Origin: a virus
Virus record (IMG/VR): IMGVR_UViG_3300044846_004119
Coordinates: 32,001 to 96,000 of that record
Length of the DNA stretch: 64,000 nt
Direction: 5' to 3' (one strand)
Shown here one piece after another: positions 59,082-64,000 of the stretch. The position numbers and the translations under genes were made by a program. How positions within the stretch are numbered: the first letter of the stretch is position 1; each line of letters begins with the position of its first letter. Below the pieces are notes generated by a model that was not told the DNA's origin, searched no databases, and saw only the letters and a list, made by a program, of their open reading frames with translations.

Positions 59082-60059
59082 ATGGATAAAAATTTAAGAT
59101 TTGTATGTGCCCAACCTGATGTACCATATTTTTATTGGCAAGTTAGGGTGTACGTTGAAAATTTTATAGAAAAAGGTATTTTACCAAACCAAATACATGT
59201 TATTTTTGGTATAGTAACACCAAATACCGAACCAACTTCAGATTCGTTAAAATTAAAAGAATTGGGAATTAATATCCATCATTATTTAGACGACAGAGAA
59301 CAAAAACATTATATTCCAAACATTAAGCCATTTTTAATTCATAAATGGTTAAAGGAATTCCCTCAACACGGAGAATGTTTTTTCTTACATGATGCTGATA
59401 TAATTTTTAGAGAATTACCTGATTTTAAAACATTAATGGAGGATGATGTTTTATATCTTTCAGATACTGTTGGTTATATTGGGTTTAATTACATTATGGA
59501 TTGTTGTAAAAGATATGAATCTCATCACCCACAATCTAAACAAGGGCAATTACTACAAGAAATGGTTGATGTTATTGGTGTTACGACCGAATGTGTTGAA
59601 TGTAATGAAAATAATTCAGGCGGTGGTCAATATTTGATTAAAAAAACAGATTGGATGATTTGGGAAAAAATCTATATGGATTGTGCGCCACTATATGACC
59701 AAATGATGGATTACCAAAAACGTTTCCCAATAAACCAAGGTGAAATACAATTTTGGACTGCAGAAATGTGGTCTTTATTATGGAACTTATGGTATTTTGG
59801 AAAAGAAACTAAAGTAGTTAAAGATTTAGATTTTTCATGGGCAACCGACTCAATTTCTATTTACGAACAAAGACCAATACTTCATATGGCAGGAGTAACT
59901 TCAGATATGAAAACAACTAAATTTTATAAAGGTGATTTTATTAATGTTAATCCATTAATTAAGTTAACGGAAAATTTTGAATATTTTGATTATGTTGAAG
60001 AACATAGTTCTACAAAAAAATATATAGATGTTATGAAATCTATAGTAAAAAAACAATAA
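59082..60059 (+). CDS. GT-A fold glycosyltransferase resembling peptidyl-Ser/Hyp O-glycosyltransferases (GT96/GT95)
   Basis: PYFYWQV, HYIPNIKPFLIHKWL, DxD motif FLHDADIIFR, WTAEMW; these parallel plant SERGT1 YFDWQT, YPAINKP..V.HWL, ILDADMIIR, WISEMY as recalled. Confidence 0.72.
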   Translation: MDKNLRFVCAQPDVPYFYWQVRVYVENFIEKGILPNQIHVIFGIVTPNTEPTSDSLKLKELGINIHHYLDDREQKHYIPNIKPFLIHKWLKEFPQHGECFFLHDADIIFRELPDFKTLMEDDVLYLSDTVGYIGFNYIMDCCKRYESHHPQSKQGQLLQEMVDVIGVTTECVECNENNSGGGQYLIKKTDWMIWEKIYMDCAPLYDQMMDYQKRFPINQGEIQFWTAEMWSLLWNLWYFGKETKVVKDLDFSWATDSISIYEQRPILHMAGVTSDMKTTKFYKGDFINVNPLIKLTENFEYFDYVEEHSSTKKYIDVMKSIVKKQ

Positions 60060-60065
60060 TCTGAT

Positions 60066-60082
60066 TATTTATAGTATAAATA
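60066..60082 (+). promoter_or_regulatory. TATTTAT motif within the palindrome TATTTATA-G-TATAAATA
   Basis: Perfect 8-bp inverted repeat ending 3 nt before ATG 60086. Confidence 0.55.
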
Positions 60083-60085
60083 ACA

Positions 60086-61474
60086 ATGACTAACACGACA
60101 TCTTTACTTCAACAAAAAAACGAATGTGATGTAATTACAATATTTCCAATGACCGTTGAGTGTTTAGTTAACAATCCGTCATCACAAAATGCGACTGATG
60201 GAGGTTTATCTATTTCTATAACAGGAGGAACACCACCATACATAGTTGCTTGGAGTAATGGTAATATATCTCCGGCAATTAATAATTTAGGTGCTGGTAG
60301 TTATACGGCAATAGTTACTGACTATTCTTGGTCAGGGAGTGGTCCTGATTATACGGCAACTACAACATGTGTGTTAACCGCACCTATAACACCTACAACT
60401 ACAACCACAACAACGGTTGCTCCTGTATTACTCTATGATATTTGTTTAACAGTGTATAAACAACCAAGTAATTATCAAATACACTTTAACCCTAATGGTA
60501 TATATAATGGTATCTATAGTAGTGGTTATCAATCATGGATATCAGATGACTCAGTATACCAAATTGTTTGGGGTACACTATACCAGTCATGGACTGTAAT
60601 TCCGCCCCCAACAAATCCTGGTTATTATTTACTATCACCCTCACCATATCCACCTTTAACGGGATGGTATATAAATGGTGCGTTAGGAACTGTTGTATCA
60701 AATCAAGGTCTTTGTGTACCGTTACCAAGTAACCCGTCATTTACATATTCACTTACTCAACCAACTTGTATATGTGATGGTAATATAATTATAACGGCTT
60801 CTAATGGAACACCACCATATCAGTACTCAGTTGATAATGGAGTGACATTCACTAGTAATTCAGGGCTCTTCACAGGAAAATGTCCTGGAACTTATAGTTT
60901 ACAAATTAAGGATTCGTTAAATAATTTAAGTACTGTTTCTACGGCTACCTTAAATAATTTTATTGGAATAACAACATATACTCTTAGTTTGTCACCAGTA
61001 TCTATTACAACGGTAAACAATAACACAACTGTAACAAAACAATATACTTGTACCGTAAATGTTTCACCACCAATCCCTGTTGGAACAACAATTACGTTTG
61101 ATGCACAACACATAAATGTGCTTGGTAGAGGGCCTGCCTCAACTGACGCAACTATTGTGACTAATAGTGTTTTAACTAAAAATTCAACAGTAATACCAAT
61201 AACTTCAAGCCCGTCATCAAGTAATACTACCACACAATTAGGTGCCGGTTGTCAATCGGCGCCAATACATAATACAACCCAAACTGATAACTGGATTTCG
61301 GTATCAATGACAAATGGTGATACCATGGTTATTAATACCACAACAACTATGACTAAAATACAACCAGTACCTCATTGTTTCTTTGCGGATTTCGGTGACA
61401 CATTTTTTGCAGTAAATGGGGTTATTAATGGATGTAGTTGTTGTACGTTAATTATGCCAAATAAAGCGGTATAA
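60086..61474 (+). CDS. Adhesin/structural protein with SprB-type repeats and poly-Thr linker
   Basis: DGGLSISITGGTPPYIVAWSNG..LGAGSYTAIVTD and DGNIIITASNGTPPYQYSVDNG; PTTTTTTTVAP linker. Confidence 0.7.
   Translation: MTNTTSLLQQKNECDVITIFPMTVECLVNNPSSQNATDGGLSISITGGTPPYIVAWSNGNISPAINNLGAGSYTAIVTDYSWSGSGPDYTATTTCVLTAPITPTTTTTTTVAPVLLYDICLTVYKQPSNYQIHFNPNGIYNGIYSSGYQSWISDDSVYQIVWGTLYQSWTVIPPPTNPGYYLLSPSPYPPLTGWYINGALGTVVSNQGLCVPLPSNPSFTYSLTQPTCICDGNIIITASNGTPPYQYSVDNGVTFTSNSGLFTGKCPGTYSLQIKDSLNNLSTVSTATLNNFIGITTYTLSLSPVSITTVNNNTTVTKQYTCTVNVSPPIPVGTTITFDAQHINVLGRGPASTDATIVTNSVLTKNSTVIPITSSPSSSNTTTQLGAGCQSAPIHNTTQTDNWISVSMTNGDTMVINTTTTMTKIQPVPHCFFADFGDTFFAVNGVINGCSCCTLIMPNKAV
60377..60424 (+). 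repeat. Poly-Thr tract
   Basis: TAPITPTTTTTTTVAP, mixed Thr codons. Confidence 0.85.
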
Positions 61475-61492
61475 TAAAATAAAAATTAAGGA

Positions 61493-61499
61493 TATTTAT
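61493..61499 (+). promoter_or_regulatory. TATTTAT late-type promoter motif
   Basis: Ends 4 nt before ATG 61504. Confidence 0.6.
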
Positions 61500-61503
61500 A
61501 AAC

Positions 61504-63936
61504 ATGACTTATATATTAAAAAATACATCGGGATTAATTAATACTAGATTAACAGACACTGGAAGACAAAAATTATCTCAAGGTAATTTTAACATCGAGT
61601 ATTTTCAAATTGGTGACGGAGAAGTTTCATATAACTCTTTACCAAGTTCATATAATCAAGCTAATACAAACATATTTGAACCTAATTTTAATTCACAAAA
61701 TTCAGCACCAACACAATCAAATAAACAATATGTAAAATATCCTTATTATGTTGATGGTGTAACAGGTAATACTTATGGTATTCCTTATTCAGAACCTGTG
61801 GTTTCTCCTGTATATAACCGAGCGGCAATGAGAGGATTTTTTACGGGAGACCTTAGTGCGACAACAATTAATTGGAGTGCAATTACAAATAGTTCTCATG
61901 TTATTAATTCTAATTATGTTGTTGATATGTCAGTATTAACTGGCGGTACCACGATTATGTTAATTTATTCAGGTTGTAACACCAATATTGTTAGAATGCC
62001 TGCTATAGGTGATTTATTAACAATCTATTATGATGGTAATGGTGACCACAATTGTGCCTGTAGTACTTACCCAACGCCAAGCCCAACACCTTCACCAACC
62101 CCAACTCCAACCCCATCATATGACCCTTGTATCTTACCACCAACCCCAACTCCGTCACCAACATTTTGTCCAATAACACCGACACCAAATTGTGACCCTG
62201 TTGTGGAACCAGAATGTCTTATGGATATGAGTAGTTGTTACCCAATGATGACATATAAAATTGTCGATATTTGTTTAGGTGTTTACACATTAGATAGGCC
62301 AACACCTAATTTTTCAGGAAGTTCAAATGTTTGTTATGCGAGAACTATCGTATATCCGCCAAATATGACATCACTTTATGATACACTAACACCATGTAAA
62401 CATTGGAATGAGGATGTTATTAATTTTGAGTCTGTTTGTTATACAGATGAGTTTGATGTTAAAATTTGGAATATGAATATTCCATGGTCGGAAAATCCTG
62501 CGGGGTTAATTCCGACAATAAATGAAGGATTTGCGGATTTTGGTTCAGCGACATATATCGGGTCAAAAGAATATTTGGGTTATATGTCGAATAGTGGGCA
62601 GACTGACAGCAGTTCAGTATACTACTACAACTCTTTCGATGAAAAAGTTACTGTACAACCAAAAGACCAAAAATCTATTGCCATTATTCACTATACAAAT
62701 CAAAGTATTGATTTCTTTTATGGTGAAAAATTTGCATTAGAACCTTATGACCCTACGGCGCCTGCTAATACTATTGGGCAAGCAAGAAACTTTAGACTAC
62801 ATATTCCATGGCTTATGTGGCATAAAAATCCTGAATGTTGTTTAGGTGAAACTTTTTGGGTTGACCCTCCAGGGTATGACGGATTAAATTTATTTCAAGT
62901 ACAATACTTGAAATCTACTAAGAATGCGGATATGAATAACCCTGGTATGAGATACTACCAATTATGGGATACTAATACAAATGATGACGGGTTCCCAAGT
63001 AGAGTTGGTAAAGTTTTCCCTGACCAAAAAATTATAGTGATTGATGATGAAGAGATTATTGCTGCTATGTCTTATAAATCAAATCGTAATTGGACTCTAC
63101 CTTCACCAAAACTTACTTTAGTTGCACCAAATACATGTGGTACTGATAATACTTCATATATTGGTGTGTTAACAGGTGATACTGAGTATATGTATGTGAC
63201 TTATAGAATTAGTAATACGATTAATTTTACTAATTCATTACATTGTAACTATTATACTAGAATACAAGGTCCAAATTTAACTTGTATACCAAGTGCGTCG
63301 CAAAACGTGTCAATTAGGTTTGGTCCGGAGTTTGGTTGTTTAAATCAACCAGATTATACACCAACAACTACAACAACTACAACTACAACAACATTATGTC
63401 CATCTGTTTGTTATACGCCACAAGGATTTTACGGTGATAAATTTGAAATTATATGTCAAAAAGTTATTGGTGATATTAGACCTGATTCGTCCGAGTGGAA
63501 AATAATCGATGTAACATCACAATTAAGTGCAACAACCGTTGGAGGGTATATTACTCAAAACGGTATAACAGGTAATACATTTACTATTACTCAAGATGAC
63601 TATGATAATGCACCTTATTACGATTTAAATACATATATACCTCTAACCCCTGTTGGAAGCACTACACCATCTTTAAATTTTGGGGACGAATATTATTTCT
63701 ATGGTTCGTTAGAAACGGATATTCAAGCTACAATATATGAGATGAGGTATAAAATTAATTTAGGTGTTGCTGAATTTCAAGCAACTTCAAACCCAACATG
63801 GACTCAAGGGACTGACTCATATATAACTGATATTGGTCTTTACGATTCTGATAAGAATCTTATGATTATATCAAAGATGCAATCACCTGTTTTAAGACAA
63901 GGGATTCAACAGTTCCTGGTTAAATTTGATTTCTAA
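61504..63936 (+). CDS. Baseplate/tail-fibre attachment protein (tail-collar-fibre-like domain split by an insertion) with Thr/Pro tracts
   Basis: N-terminal LTDTGRQKLSQGNFNIEYFQIGDGE and C-terminal YITDIGLYDSDKNLMIISK are the two halves of the P2 gpH-N/tail-collar pattern. Confidence 0.62.
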   Translation: MTYILKNTSGLINTRLTDTGRQKLSQGNFNIEYFQIGDGEVSYNSLPSSYNQANTNIFEPNFNSQNSAPTQSNKQYVKYPYYVDGVTGNTYGIPYSEPVVSPVYNRAAMRGFFTGDLSATTINWSAITNSSHVINSNYVVDMSVLTGGTTIMLIYSGCNTNIVRMPAIGDLLTIYYDGNGDHNCACSTYPTPSPTPSPTPTPTPSYDPCILPPTPTPSPTFCPITPTPNCDPVVEPECLMDMSSCYPMMTYKIVDICLGVYTLDRPTPNFSGSSNVCYARTIVYPPNMTSLYDTLTPCKHWNEDVINFESVCYTDEFDVKIWNMNIPWSENPAGLIPTINEGFADFGSATYIGSKEYLGYMSNSGQTDSSSVYYYNSFDEKVTVQPKDQKSIAIIHYTNQSIDFFYGEKFALEPYDPTAPANTIGQARNFRLHIPWLMWHKNPECCLGETFWVDPPGYDGLNLFQVQYLKSTKNADMNNPGMRYYQLWDTNTNDDGFPSRVGKVFPDQKIIVIDDEEIIAAMSYKSNRNWTLPSPKLTLVAPNTCGTDNTSYIGVLTGDTEYMYVTYRISNTINFTNSLHCNYYTRIQGPNLTCIPSASQNVSIRFGPEFGCLNQPDYTPTTTTTTTTTTLCPSVCYTPQGFYGDKFEIICQKVIGDIRPDSSEWKIIDVTSQLSATTVGGYITQNGITGNTFTITQDDYDNAPYYDLNTYIPLTPVGSTTPSLNFGDEYYFYGSLETDIQATIYEMRYKINLGVAEFQATSNPTWTQGTDSYITDIGLYDSDKNLMIISKMQSPVLRQGIQQFLVKFDF
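62071..62187 (+). repeat. Pro-Thr/Ser tract punctuated by Cys
   Basis: [39 protein letters not shown]. Confidence 0.88.
63358..63393 (+). repeat. Poly-Thr tract
   Basis: TP followed by 10 Thr, mixed ACA/ACT codons. Confidence 0.85.
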
Positions 63937-64000
63937 TTTTAAGGTTGGATATAATCACTAAAACTTTTTTATAGAACAAAAAATGATTAGAAATAAATTA

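Noticed and set aside
391-62740. Short alternative-frame and antisense ORFs in the track (e.g. 391-927, 14661-14966, 15623-15997, 30776-31160, 40821-41153, 46307-46630, 60892-61233)
   Set aside because: Fully nested in or opposite long genes with clear motifs; no recognisable domains or upstream motif; expected shadows.
1-64000. Alternative genetic code (stop-codon reassignment) as in some large phages
   Set aside because: Genes are full length under code 11, and TAA, TGA and TAG all occur as plausible stops.
1-64000. CRISPR array, tRNA genes, diversity-generating retroelement
   Set aside because: No regularly spaced repeats, no cloverleaf-sized structured intergenic region, and no reverse transcriptase or TR/VR pair seen by eye.
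63983-64000. ATG-initiated frame at window end (MIRNKL...)
   Set aside because: Only six codons visible; cannot be supported.

Overview
64 kb segment of a large, AT-rich, T4-like contractile-tailed (myovirus) dsDNA phage. It uses the standard code and is almost fully coding. The window holds a family-B DNA polymerase, neck and tail-completion genes (gp13/14/15-like), a SNF2 helicase, and a Mn-type superoxide dismutase fused to a PD-(D/E)xK-like domain. It also holds the sheath, tube, chaperone, tape-measure and hub module, a replication and nucleotide module (gp32 SSB, UvsX, RNase H/FEN, gp41 helicase, nrdB, nrdA), and a long baseplate/adhesin cluster. SprB-type repeats and the absence of Shine-Dalgarno sequences point to a Bacteroidota-like host (inference). 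The best candidate for a new system is phage-encoded virion O-glycosylation: a GT-A glycosyltransferase resembling plant peptidyl-Ser/Hyp O-glycosyltransferases (GT96/GT95) sits among structural genes carrying mucin/extensin-like Thr/Pro tracts, one of which is inserted in the tail sheath. Other notable signals: a probable +1 frameshift (TTT_TTT_CGG) in the tail chaperone; a TATTTAT late-promoter motif (reverse complement of the T4 late box) before 18 genes; an identical GAAAGTAAAG-N20-TATTTAT element before sheath and tube next to an unannotated ribbon-helix-helix gene; and T4-like prohead-protease signatures around the SOD domain. All family assignments come from motifs recognised by eye; no database search was run.
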